Below are positions 37,788 to 49,354 of a stretch of DNA of 64,000 nt, piece after piece. A program made the position numbers and the translations under genes. The notes beneath the pieces are model-generated. The model worked only from the letters and a program-made list of their open reading frames with translations. It ran no database searches and was not told the origin of the DNA. Position 1 is the first letter of the stretch; every line of letters begins with the position of its first letter. Source of the stretch: Eutreptiella sp. 'Long Island Sound 2002' (Eukaryota > Protista > Euglenida); contig OZ038379.1 in assembly GCA_964036045.1 (NCBI GenBank), positions 39,494,001-39,558,000 on the forward strand. Direction: 5' to 3'.

Positions 37788-39483
37788 AAAAAAAGAAACC
37801 CCCCCGGTGAAATCCTCTGGGCCTAGGGATTGGTATCCCTTTGGGGACATTCCCAAACCCCAACCCACCCCCGAAAGCCACAAGTTTTCACATTAAACCT
37901 CTTGAAAAACACCACTTAGCCCGAAATGAGCCGTTTTGGCCCCAAATGAGCCCCAACTTCACATTTCCAAGTGAGCCGCAGGTACACACCACAAGAACCT
38001 CAGGCACCCGCAGCGCAACAAGAACACAGCCCAGACCAGAAGCACCACGCCGCGCCCCCTCCAGCGCCCCAAAGGGTGACCGGCTCGGGACCCCTACCAT
38101 CCACCCCCCATCCGTCCCGCGGCCCGACGCCCTCTCAACGCCAGAAGCAAGCCAACATTCGCCGGTCCATTAATCGTGACAAGGCAAACCTCTGTCGGAT
38201 GATCGAGGCAGCAGCGGGTTTGCCACAAGGATCTACGCGTCCTGTAGACTCCTATGGCCAGTCGATTGACACGCTTAGGGAGTGGGGGCAGCAGTCGGCC
38301 GAGCGCAACTGGGCCGATTACCACCAGCAACAGCCCCACCCAGCCCCGGTCATGGCCGAGGCGACAAGTGCGCCTTCTGTCACGCGCGACACTACGCAGG
38401 CGCGGGCGGCGGCATCGGGCCCGCGACCGCTCCCTACAGGGGCGCGCCCCCCCACCACACCGTTAGCGCGGGCCGCCAAGCCGGGCCCGCAACCTCCGCC
38501 GAGCGCCTCTACGACGGGAGACGACGGCGCGGCCGCCGCCAGCAGCGAGGAGGGGACAGCAAGCTGTCCGATGGACCTCGATCAATGTGACGACATCGAC
38601 CCCTTTGTGCCGGTACAGGCACAGAGGGACTCCGCGCAAGAGGGAGTTCGCGCTCCCCGATTCCAGGCACGGCCCCGATCAGCGGCCCCTCCGCCAGCGG
38701 CCCCGTCAGCGCCCCACCCCGCATCCCGGCCTCCAAACGGCCCCTCCTCCAGCCCTCCCCCACAGGCCGACGACATCCCCCCGCCATACACCGCTACAGA
38801 CATGCGCCTCCCGTCGGTCAGCTTCCTGCGGGCCCGAGAGTCCCGGCAGGTAGCTGCCATTCCTTCCGCCCTTCCCTCCTACCAGGACATGGTTGCACTC
38901 CACGACTCCTTCTTGTCGCAGGCCAGCTCGCACATAGGACATACGAAAACTTGGGTGCATGAGACATGTTTGCACCCTGCTGTATCCTATGCCACTTCTC
39001 CCTTTCACCCACTGTCCTCCGTTCTCGCAGGAGTGAGGAGGCCCTCGTCGCAAGTGGCAAAAGGGCCCACTCGGGAGGGCCATGCCATGCGGGCAGTAAT
39101 TAAGGTGACCCCTTTCACTCCCGTTTCGCCAGCGGATGCAAGCCGACGCCTCCCGCCCCCCGGAGTTCTCATTCCATCACATGATCTTATATTATGCCTC
39201 ATGGTATTGGTGGCAACAGTTGTACACCCTCTACCCTCCAAAGGTCGGGGGCCTCTCGATACAGGTGGTGCGTACTTCGAGGCAGCATGTATCCGTCGTA
39301 TTGTGTCGACCACAACCAGCACGACTCAGCACGTTCTTATGACCTCCAGGGTGACCTTCTTCGTGTACCAAATTGCATCTGCTTGGGAATTTTGCGTGCC
39401 TTGCACTACATGGGATTGGCGTTCCAGTCAGCACCCCCCCCCCTCCACAGTCAACAACGTGGCACCACGACGTGGTACAAGAT

Positions 39484-39510
39484 GGGGATGTAGAGGCCAA
39501 CCTGGGACCA
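39484..39510 (+). other. 2A/StopGo-like motif GDVEANLGP
   Basis: One substitution (CTG to CCG) from canonical GDVExNPGP. Confidence 0.65.
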
Positions 39511-40263
39511 CAACCCAGCCAGCAAATTCTCTCAGGGTCACGGCTTCTAGGGCATCCAAGCGGTCGCATTACCACCACGTATCCGCCGGCGCCACAGGCC
39601 GGGGTCACAGGACCAGCACTCCTGGAACCACCCAATCCTGCCCGGCCGTGGAATGACCTCACCACTATTGGAGACATCTCGAAATTTTTGCGCAGCACGG
39701 CTTCCATCAATACAAAGGTCTCGTCTCTAGTGGCACTCCACCATCACCTGCTCCAACAGTGCCATGTCGACCACAATGCCCTCCCGGGCGAGATGCATGG
39801 CGCGGTGCTCTGCACACCACCTAGGGACAGCAAAACTGTCCCATGCGCCCCGGCTAGCCCAACGACAGACACCACCGAGGTTCACAGTTCCGGATCACCG
39901 ATGACCCCCACAGGAGGTCTAGACATCTAGTGTTCACGATGCGGCATCCGAGATTTCTATTCACTATGCTGCAGCACATGTGGCGACCACCTCTGGGGTC
40001 TCGACGTCCATGGAGGGATGGCACCGGCACCGGTACCTGGCCTCGATGTTGAAACTGACGTGCAAGAGGTAGCATCGTCATCCACCCCTGCATCAGGCAC
40101 TACCTCCTTTCTGACTTGGTGTGCACAACGCGAATCGCCACCGAGGTACTCGCCACAACCCGAGCGACCACGGGCTGCACACTCCTCGCACCTCCACGTC
40201 GCCTGCCACATGGACCAACGGCCAACGGCCAATCATGGGCCGCAAATTCCGGTTCACCAGTGT

Positions 40264-40290
40264 GGAGATGTCCAACGACAACAAGACCCA
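40264..40290 (+). other. Highly degenerate 2A-like motif (QC)GDVQRQQDP
   Basis: Same 9-residue register and the same QCG prefix as the 41219 motif, but four consensus positions are changed. Confidence 0.3.
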
Positions 40291-40605
40291 ATTGCATATC
40301 TCATCCCAATTCAAACGGGTACAGATGATCCCGACTGGGGATGGCTCCCCGCCGGGTTGCTACACCTCCATGTGGGGCCCCCACCCCCTACGGATGCACA
40401 AGGTGACTCCAGCCGGGGATGGCTCCCTACCTATCTGCTCTATCGCCCGGAGGAACTCCCGACCTCTGCGGAAGCTCGTGCCTCACCAAGGTCCTCATTG
40501 CTTCAGCTCGGGGAGGCCCATGGCGAACATGGAGAGGTGTCTTCGCTTGCTGGATCGGGAGGGGGCCAATACTCCATTGAAATTCTGAGACAAGACCTCG
40601 AGCGT

Positions 40606-40719
40606 TGCCCTCTGTGTTACGAGGATGCCTTGCTGTTTCCGCTACCGTGTCACCCGCTGCACCAGCTGTGCACTCTATGCGCATATGACCCCCGGCTTCA
40701 GGGATGCCCATGGCGATGC
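40606..40719 (+). other. RING-finger-like (C3HC4) motif in ORF 40018-40959
   Basis: CPLC-x10-C-x3-H-x2-CTLC-x8-CPWRC. Confidence 0.65.
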
Positions 40720-43534
40720 GCATCTCATGGACTCACAGGGCACCTCCAAGAACCACCCCCCGCCCCCGCAAGGATCCCGCCCGAAGACGAAGATTACATG
40801 GACCTCGACACAGAATATCCCGAAGTGGACTTCAATCCAACGCACTCGTCTTGGGGGGGTTTCCTCGGCCTCCCCTTCCTCCCCCAGCGCACTCCCCATG
40901 CGAACTATATTGCAAGATGTGGTGGATTCAGAATGGACACGCCTCCGGCTCCATTTTGAGGTGCACTTCCCCGTGGTGCGCGAGACTCCGCTCGGGCCGT
41001 ATGCCGATCTACATGTGCACGAGTGTACACGCCACCTACAACACTTCTTGAGGTTGACGGAGAGGGTCTTCTATGAGAGCAAGCGAGCAATTTTGAGCTA
41101 TGCACTCGACTCACCGACATCATCCACCGCACCCCCCCCCCCACCACCACCACCGCCTCCTAGACCCCCTACGCCAGTTCCTTACCGCCGCAACTCCCAT
41201 ATTCCGGAGGTACAATGTGGCAATGTGGAGCGCAACCCGGGCCCCACATCCCCCACGGCACCTGGGTCCCCTGGACACCGGGGTCTCGAGTCCATGGAAC
41301 TAGACCCCATGCAACTCGAGTTCACGCCGACAAGAGATCCCTCTGAAGGTATCGAGGGCGCAGAGCCAACGGAGTTGTATCCTCTAGAGATAGGCGCAGC
41401 CTTGGATGGCTGCCCATCACTTGGGCCACTAGACCCCTATCGGGTCGACCGCCCGTGCAGTGCATTGTATAACGCGGCATTTAAGGAGGCCATGGGCGAT
41501 ATTGGCCAGTACCGCTTCCCCAACGAGGTGTTGTGGGTCGTGGCGGCGGTCATCGCTCATCTCGACGAGTGTGTGTACCTTCGGGTCCCGCCCGACATGA
41601 CACTCACCAAACGCACCGACCCTGGTTGGTTAGGGCTCATTTTCCAAGGACACGTCAAGCTCAATGCGGAGAGGTGGGACCACCGCATCTTCGCGCTGGA
41701 ATCCTTACTTCCGGAGTCACACGAGCAATCTTGGGTGGCGGACACCGAGGTCACCTTCTTGGCAATACCCGTGCCGGTGGCACAACGCATCACTGAAGAA
41801 TCGGCCGCGTACACCGCCGACACGTCTCACATGCTGCGCACCATGGTCCATGGCCAGCTGGAGTCTATCATTCAAGTGCAATCACACGACCAAGCCATGG
41901 AACACGGTGCACCTCAGTCCCCCATGTATGTGGCCCGCCCCGCTGTCGCGGGGGTGGAAGAAGAAGTATTGAAGCAGACGGAACCAGCACTGGGGAGTTA
42001 CTTCCTGCAATTTAGGCGGCTCCAGAGGGGCATGTGGTCGTACTTGACTTCCAGGCGGGAGCGCAAAGTCACGAATTGCCACCACCGCATTTTCAACTCC
42101 ACGGGTGAAGTATTCTTTGACACGCGACGCACGCAACTAGACCACAGGGTCGCGGAGGACATCCTCGCCCATTATGACGTCACCGTGGAATACGGCAGCG
42201 ACAGCATCCACACCGTATTCCACAACGCCACGCCAAGACATGCACAACGGTGCATCCTACACACCGAGGTCACCCAACATTTGGATCCCTACTACGGGGA
42301 CCTCACCAATCGGACCGGAGTCCTCGTCCTCCCGGATGAACAGGGGACAAAAAAGGGATTCATGGAGGCACAAAACAGGCCCAACGCAACGCCTGTGGTG
42401 TGGGGCGGTACGGAAGACAACGCCATCCGGGAAATGGTAGATGTGCTGGCCCAGAGGCAAAAAGCGCATGCGTGTAAGCGTCTACTCATGGTGTACGTGG
42501 CCAACAAAAACCGGGGCTCGGCCATTGCCACACTGCGTCTAGAGCAAGTCGAACGACCCTCGCTTCGTGCAGCCAACAGATATCTGGCCGGGGTCACAAA
42601 GTGGACGGGCACGGTGAACGCAAAGTATGATGGGTGGACAGGTGATGAGACCTTTGCCCCCGGATTTGCTGAACCGCTCCCGCTCATGGGCGTCTTGTTG
42701 GATAACTCGGCCGAGTGGCGACCTGTGGAGGCCGTTGAGACTGGTGAGTTCGACGTGCAAAACATGGACCACGATGATTTATACGGGAACATACAAGACG
42801 GCGGGAAGTTCGCCATTCAGGAGGACACGGATACGGTTGTCCTGGAGTTCCCAGAAGCCATGAAAGTCAACACGCTCCATCGCATGTTCAAGTTCCTCAA
42901 CAAAACAGACATGGAGGTCCAAACCAGTATTGCCATGCAGCTACCCTCTAATAGGTTCCCGTTCATGGGGGCTATGGAGGCTCGCGCGTCACGGTCTCAA
43001 TCCACGGCATACGAGGTCCGCCTCCCAAGACGACTGGTAGCCAAGGCCACGCGAGTGGTGGCCGAGGCAGCGGAGGCTAGATACAAACAAGACGACCAGC
43101 TAGTGGGCCCCTTCATCATCAACGAATCGGCACGCGAGCTCTGGATTGTGCGTCGGCGCTTTCGGCTGGAAAAAGAGGAAAAAATATCCTCTTACGAGGA
43201 TATTATACGGGACTTCCGCCAGAATCACCAGTTGATTCAGGGCACACTCATGGAGCATGTTGTGGGGATGAAGCCCGTGGACAATTATCGGTTGATGGTG
43301 CAGTTCAAGACGACCCTGGACCGCCTTACACTCGCCTCTGTGTTGAAACAAATCAACCATTACGAAGCGCAAAACGTGCTCACCAACGACATGATGTCGG
43401 GAGGGGTGTCACGGAGTAAATGGGGCTACGCGGCGTCAAGGCACGAGCCCTGCTCCCGAACCCCGACCGCTCGCACGCTACGGAGATCTTTTGGGGAGCA
43501 TCGCTGGGAGTCTCTGAGTATGAATTGCGAGTGA
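40625..43534 (+). CDS. 969-codon open frame of the element; unknown ORF1-like protein
   Basis: Long open frame inside the TSD-bounded insert. Decayed homologous pieces recur at about 53310-54280 (FRDNHQLIPGT; KQINHHNTQNVLTND). Confidence 0.7.
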   Translation: MPCCFRYRVTRCTSCALYAHMTPGFRDAHGDAHLMDSQGTSKNHPPPPQGSRPKTKITWTSTQNIPKWTSIQRTRLGGVSSASPSSPSALPMRTILQDVVDSEWTRLRLHFEVHFPVVRETPLGPYADLHVHECTRHLQHFLRLTERVFYESKRAILSYALDSPTSSTAPPPPPPPPPPRPPTPVPYRRNSHIPEVQCGNVERNPGPTSPTAPGSPGHRGLESMELDPMQLEFTPTRDPSEGIEGAEPTELYPLEIGAALDGCPSLGPLDPYRVDRPCSALYNAAFKEAMGDIGQYRFPNEVLWVVAAVIAHLDECVYLRVPPDMTLTKRTDPGWLGLIFQGHVKLNAERWDHRIFALESLLPESHEQSWVADTEVTFLAIPVPVAQRITEESAAYTADTSHMLRTMVHGQLESIIQVQSHDQAMEHGAPQSPMYVARPAVAGVEEEVLKQTEPALGSYFLQFRRLQRGMWSYLTSRRERKVTNCHHRIFNSTGEVFFDTRRTQLDHRVAEDILAHYDVTVEYGSDSIHTVFHNATPRHAQRCILHTEVTQHLDPYYGDLTNRTGVLVLPDEQGTKKGFMEAQNRPNATPVVWGGTEDNAIREMVDVLAQRQKAHACKRLLMVYVANKNRGSAIATLRLEQVERPSLRAANRYLAGVTKWTGTVNAKYDGWTGDETFAPGFAEPLPLMGVLLDNSAEWRPVEAVETGEFDVQNMDHDDLYGNIQDGGKFAIQEDTDTVVLEFPEAMKVNTLHRMFKFLNKTDMEVQTSIAMQLPSNRFPFMGAMEARASRSQSTAYEVRLPRRLVAKATRVVAEAAEARYKQDDQLVGPFIINESARELWIVRRRFRLEKEEKISSYEDIIRDFRQNHQLIQGTLMEHVVGMKPVDNYRLMVQFKTTLDRLTLASVLKQINHYEAQNVLTNDMMSGGVSRSKWGYAASRHEPCSRTPTARTLRRSFGEHRWESLSMNCE
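41219..41245 (+). other. 2A/StopGo-like motif GNVERNPGP
   Basis: One substitution (D to N) from canonical; preceded by VQC. Confidence 0.75.
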
Positions 43535-44268
43535 CTGTCGCCAGTTTTGGTCGGTACTTGACGTTGGCCGAGGAGCCTAGCTTCTACGTGGAACCCACTT
43601 ACGTGCATTATGTGAGGGCGACCTACGAAAACCCCCAAAGTGCGGGTCTTGCGGCAAGGCAGTTCCTTAAGGTTAAAACTGGAGTCCTCCAATGTACCAC
43701 GGGCGACTCTACCCAGGATGCTCTAATCCGGGACCGCATCGATTCCATGTTGTTGGATGTGGTCCCGGACTCCTCTCAGGTCCGCCTTCCACATCGCCTC
43801 CAGTCCGCTGCGAAGTTCTTGGGAGCCAAGGAGGCCATGGCAAAACTGCATGATGAGCACCTCAAGACGAAACGTCTCCACGAACCCGCCATGGACGCGC
43901 AAGAGAAACTGATGCAATGGGATACGGAGGATCCTCTCCTCCAACCGAAGCGTGCCAAAACGAAAGCCCAAGACGCCCGTCTCCGCATGGACACGCGCCG
44001 ACCTACGGCCTCCATCACCAGCGACCTTAAGATCAAGACCAGTGCCTCCAAGCCACAACTGGCTGCCCCGGCCCACAAACCAAATGTAAAGCCCAAACCG
44101 CCCACGCCCGCACGGCAGGTGTACCCAAACCAACACGCAAGTGACCCCAGTCTGGGGGCACGCTGGGATTCTACCTGTGGGTCCTGTGCCTCCTCGTCTG
44201 CCTGGAGGGTTGTGTTAGCCACGTCATGCGGCATTCACTGCTCCTCGATATTCATGAGCTCGTCGTAG
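43420..44268 (+). pseudogene. Frameshifted continuation of the unknown ORF1-like protein
   Basis: Overlaps the end of 40625-43534. A homologous remnant at about 55140-55290 reads RLKEIAMDAAKSIISWD versus RLHEPAMDAQEKLMQWD here. Confidence 0.6.
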
Positions 44269-44378
44269 TGGGGGCAGGACGCGGGATTACATGGTACGTC
44301 GGACGCCCACGGGTGAGGCGCCGTTCGCCCCGGCGCACATGGCAGCATGGTGGGCCCATGGCATGAGATGGGAACACC

Positions 44379-45245
44379 GTGGAGCGCGCATTTACCGGGT
44401 CTGGGACAGGGGGCGGCCTTTCAGTTGGCTTGTTTATAAGACGTACCTTTCGGGGGCACCTGGGCCCCTACAAGCCGTGGGAAGCCGTTCTAATGTTGCT
44501 TGGGGGAGACATCGAGCTCAACCCCGGGCCTTCGAGTGGTCAATGGGCTGCCGTGTATACCGCACTGAACAAGGGAGTGGTCAAGTCTTCTACCGGTTGC
44601 ACGCAACCAAGTGGCGATGGCCTCCGGTGGGCATCCTTCAATATTGGGGGCCCCACGGTTGATTGGGACCGATGGGTCACCATCGTACAGCTCTTGTCCG
44701 ATATGCACCTCGACATTGTCGGCTTACAAGAAGTTAAGCCTACCTTCTCCAACATAGAGGCGGCAACAACATTAACCTTCCCCGAGTGGCAGATCTACTA
44801 TCACCCACACCCGTCCGGGACCATCAATGGGGTGGCATTCCTAGTCCGCAACACAATGGACCACTTCGTGCTCAAGGACGGCAATCAACGTGCCTCGCTT
44901 TTTGCAGATCCAGACGGGACCTTTCTCGGACTTACTTTGCAGCTTCCCAACAAGCCACGACTACGGGTCCTCAACTACTATGGACTCAAAACTGCAGCCA
45001 CCAAGAAGAGGCAAGATGCCTTCGTTGAGACACACCCTTACAATGTGCTCATGGGCGACTTCAACGACTCTATTTGGAGCAACACCCCAAGTCGGTTTTG
45101 GCACGATGACCTTCTGAACCGCCGTCTATATATACGACCCGCTGCACGAACTATGCCCCGATGGGTCTGTACAGGCGGGACACACCAGAGGGTGCCACCG
45201 CCTAGATGCCATCCTGGTCTCTTCGCGGTGCTGGGGGAATGTTAG
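44379..45245 (+). pseudogene. APE endonuclease preceded by canonical 2A motif
   Basis: LMLLGGDIELNPGP, then WASFNIGG, DIVGLQE, NGVAFLV, VLNYYG and LMGDFNDS; frameshifted near the C-terminus (LPTSDHRLV in the next frame). Confidence 0.92.
44505..44531 (+). other. Canonical 2A/StopGo motif GDIELNPGP
   Basis: Exact D-(V/I)-E-x-N-P-G-P, directly upstream of APE. Confidence 0.92.
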
Positions 45246-45769
45246 CCCCATGACATACCATACTGTCGCCCTGCCCACCTCCGACCACCGGCTCGTCCTA
45301 ATGACCACAGGCCTCACCTCCACGGACTGTGAGTCCTTCATCAAAGCCACGCACCCTGCCAAGAAGTGGAATGTGCGGCAAGAGCGAGCCGCCGTGCAAG
45401 AGACACATCACATACTCGCCGGGCAAGATACCCCAATGGACGCAGTAGCACGCGCTGATGCGGTCCTCAAGGCGGTGGCGTAGGCTGTCATTCGACAGGG
45501 GAAGCGCACCAAGCGGACCCGTCTCAAAACTAACACACAACAGTGGCACAAACACTTCCAAGTGGTCAAGAAGCGCATCGCGCAGGAGCTGCGCGAAGTG
45601 GCCAACAAGCGCCTCTATACCATGCGTCATGCTGCCCTCCGCAAGAATGGGGTATTCTTCCGCTTGACCGAAAATTGGACCCGCGGACCATTGAAGCCCA
45701 CGCAAAAGCAACCCAGTCCGGACGTGGCGCGCGCTTAGCGAAAACTTCAGTGGCAACCCCCCCTATGAC

Positions 45770-47424
45770 ATGGCGGCCATTGAAGCACTCATCCCACAGC
45801 TCATCCCACAGGGGCACATGATTGATGACCCACCAAGCTTCGATGAGTTCGAAAGGGCATGTATGGGCAAGCGCAAGAAAGCCGTGGGCCCTGATGGGGT
45901 TCCGCACCGCTTGCTGGGTATGCTGCCAGACGATACACTGCACACATTGTATGAGGGGGTGCTGGAAGTATGGAGAACAGGAGATATCCCGCAGCATTGG
46001 CTGCGGTCTGAGGTGGTGTTGATGTACAAGAAAGGGGATCGTGACCGCCCCGAGAATTATCGACCCATTGCCGTGACCAACAATATATATCGTGTTATCA
46101 TGAAGCTGTACAGGCCCTGTCTGCAGCGCCTCGTGAACCGGGTTGCTAGCCCTGAGCAGTATGGGTCAAGGCCTTTGCACACCGCAAGTGAGCAAGCTGC
46201 AAACTTAGTCATCTCCCTCCACGAGCAGGAAATGGAGGGCCGGGAGCCATTTGTTGTTTTGTTGGATGTTGCCAAAGCCTTCCCGTCCACAATCCATGAG
46301 GTCATTTTCTCCATCCTGAACCATGCCGGGCTCCCGCCGAACTATGTGAACGCCTTCCGCACGATCTATGCAAATTCTGACACATACACGGACATACAAG
46401 GAGAACAGATTCATTTGAAGCCCACGCGGGGCGTCAAAGAAGGATGCCCCTGCTCCCCGCTCTTGTTCGCTATTGTATATGAGTTGTTGATGAAGCGTTT
46501 GATCGCCAAGTACCCGGACACATTCGTTTATGTTGACAATATTGCCATCATTGTCAAAGATTATTCTGAATTGGAACGACTCCTCACCGACCTCTCCGCT
46601 TGGGGGTCCCAGATTGGGATTCAGTTCAATCCTAACAAGACAGAAGTGTATCACTTCCACAGACCACGGTCCTCGGGCGCTACCTTAGGGGGTGCCCAAC
46701 AGGCAAAGCACATCTGGTGGGGACAGCATCGCCTTGACTTCAAGGATCCAATGTTCACCTACTTGGGCCACACCATCGCTGGTGTTGGGTATAGGGGTAA
46801 GCTAGGGATGCGCTCTTCGCCGCCCTACAAGCTCAGGTAGCCGCATACACCATCCTCCCGTTGACAAGCTTCGAGCGGGCACAAATCGTCAATTCCGTAC
46901 TCATCCCTATGTGGGTGTATAAGAGTCTCTTTATGTGGGATGTGCGTTGGGGCAACCGCATGGAGACCGCCTTCGAAGAGTTTGTCCTTCAGGCTCCCCG
47001 CGTGGAAAAGTACCTGCAGTACCGCCTCTACACGGACGTCACTGAAGGGGGACTGGGCCTCCACAGCGCGTCCTGGGCCGGTTTATGCGCCCTTATCGAG
47101 CTAGTCCAACGGGCCTTGCGAGTTCCACACAGGCCTATGACGAGGCATACCAACTCAGGTCACCTCCCACGCATGGTGGAGCAGTACCGCAAAACCTTGG
47201 TGTCCTTTGGTATGGAAATGGGGCGCCTCCCTCGCGCCGGCCAATCGACAGGTCGAAAGGCACCCAAACGGGCCCACGATGACCTCGAGTCACTCTTCGA
47301 TGATGAGGACTCCGACGATTGCAGGTTTGAGTCGCTTGTACCCCACCAGTACCTCCAATCCCTGCGTCCCAAGAGCGGCACTAGTCCCGTGCAACCCAAC
47401 GTTGAGCAGTCCGGCCGTGCATGA
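45770..47424 (+). pseudogene. Non-LTR reverse transcriptase (family A)
   Basis: KAVGPDGVP, NYRPIAV, QYGSRP, LLDVAKAFPS, GVKEGCPCSPLLF, YVDN, QFNPNKT and YLG; frameshift near 46800. Confidence 0.95.
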
Positions 47425-47439
47425 CACCAGCAGGGGCAA

Positions 47440-49354
47440 CCCACGGGGTCGACGTGGTACAGTGACGGCAGCCTGTTGGAAGGGCTTGCTGGCACAGGGG
47501 TTGTCAACGGACCTATGCGCATCCAGGCGAGAGTACTAGGCCCGCAGACAATTTCTAGGGTTGAAATGTACGGCGTATGGATCGCGGCGTGCCTCGCCCA
47601 ACCGGGGGACTCTATCATGCTTGACAACCGGGCTGCGGCCCGATGCGTCTCCAAGCCACCCAGCCCACAATCGTCCGACAATGATTTGCACGACGCAGCG
47701 TACCAGCTTATCTCCACCAAGGCACTCCAGGTACGTTGGGCACGTGGGCATCGGGACCTTAAAAAGGCGCATAGTTTGCAAGATTATCACGACAGGATTG
47801 GCAACGAATTGGCCGACCTTGCAGCCCCAGCGGGCAGTACCATGCACCCTTGCCGTGGTCTGGGCAGCACATCATCCGCGGATATCCACTTGAACAGCCA
47901 TATAATGCCAACCCTTTGCCCGTAAGTGGATCATCAAATCACGCCCCCAGAACCTGGTACCCGAGGCGCATTGGACGTCATGGCTGTCTTTGCGCGCGGT
48001 CAACCGAGATAAGTGGGGTCCATGGCTGTGGGGGACGCTGCAATTGCCGGGGTATGGGGCACCTTGGGAAACCGGGCCGGTGCTGTGCCCACGCTGTGGA
48101 CAGCGCCATGGCCTCGCAGTGCAGGAGTGCCTCTTGTCATGCCCCTCCGAATCCCGGTTTCGGGACATTTGCATTGACGCATGGGAGACATGGAAAGCGG
48201 AGGCAACCAAGTGGCGACAAACAGCGTCCGCAGACGAACTGCGCATGTGCACCCGCTTGCAGTTCCCACACTCCCTTCAACGATCCTTCCTTCCAGTCCA
48301 GGCGCACTGGAGGGTGGTAGTTGCCACATGGCACTTCCACATATTCCAGCGATTGCAGGCGTGGATCGTTGACAAGCTGCAGCACGTCCCAACTTTCGTC
48401 AGCAATAAGCGGCCCACGCACATCGTCCCACCTGTTGCTGGGGCCCTGCCGCAGGTAGCTAAACCTACGGCCCGCAACATTTGGAACCACGTGAGAGGTG
48501 TTCTGTCGATCCCGCCGCGATCAGAGCCACGTTTCACAAATACTGCGCCCACGGTTGAGGAATTTCGCTGGCAATTGACACAAGCGGTCACCACTGCCGA
48601 GCGCACGTGGGTCTTGGAGGCCATGGCCCGGCACCACCATGTAGCCACGCCGCGCAAACGGCCCAGAGAACCGTCGCCGCCACCGGCACAGGCTCCGGCC
48701 TCACCGCTGCGCGAGCCTCGTAAAAATCATGCCGGACCTTTCCTTGCACAGGCCAAGCGGGTCATGCTACACGCCCAAATGCAGGCCGCACGACTCTGCC
48801 TGGAAGAGGTGGCGCAGGCACTCGCCCGGCAAGCCATCACACAGAAGTCCCTCTTCTTGGCACACCACCACGAGCACTTGTGCCGGCAAGCGTACTTCCT
48901 CTGCAAGGAACACACGGCGCGGTGGTATGTAGAAGCGCAGCAGGCGGTCTGTCACTTGTCCTGGATGGCGGATTCCCGCCGACTACGCTTCCGCCAGTGG
49001 CGAACGGCTGTCCTGCCCGAGGCGCGGTCCACGGTGTGGCGCAAGCTCGCCGTGGCATCCTCGTGTTGGAAGCAGGCACGTGTTTCGGTGTCCACCTGCA
49101 TCCAAGCGGAAGAAGCATCCGAATGGCGGCATGTGTCCCAAGTGCACGCAGTGACCCTTACGGCCTTACGGCGGACGACGTTGTCAGACCCCCGATGGGA
49201 CATCCGAGGGGCCACCGCACAGCGCATGAAGCGCTGCGGGACGAGCACCCACCCGAGATACACAAGAAACGGAGGACAGAGACGCCGGAGGTTCCTAGTG
49301 ATCTCCAGGATATGGAAATCCTGCCGGAGGACATGGGCGATGTCATTGTCTTGA
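47440..49354 (+). pseudogene. RNase H plus C-terminal CxxC region (family A)
   Basis: WYSDGS...RVEMYG...IMLDN...VRWARGH...GNELAD, then CPRCGQRH...LLSCP and a long Ala/Arg-rich tail. Confidence 0.88.

Larger units (their letters stand above)
35258..37986 (+). mobile_element. 2729-bp DNA transposon, 5-bp TSD, RAG1/Transib-like transposase
   Basis: Perfect 17-bp TIR TGTACCTGCGGCTCACT (35258-35274 / 37970-37986), plus a further 31-bp IR block (35285-35315 / 37939-37969). TSD CACCA at 35253-35257 and 37987-37991. Confidence 0.9.
34064..39656 (+). pseudogene. P/Q/H/Y-rich low-complexity ORF (34064-35257 joined to 37992-39656) interrupted by the TIR transposon
   Basis: The frame of 34064/34298 continues past two TAG stops to ...SQHPSFEHPP. 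Removing 35258-37991 rejoins it in frame to QEPQAPAAQQEHSPDQKHH of ORF 37971-39656. Confidence 0.75.

Noticed and set aside
35424-37809. Separate inner Transib element with CAA/CAC termini
   Set aside because: Only 9/15 terminal bases match and no TSD flanks these ends, whereas the outer boundaries have a perfect TIR and an exact 5-bp TSD. Kept only as an alternative.
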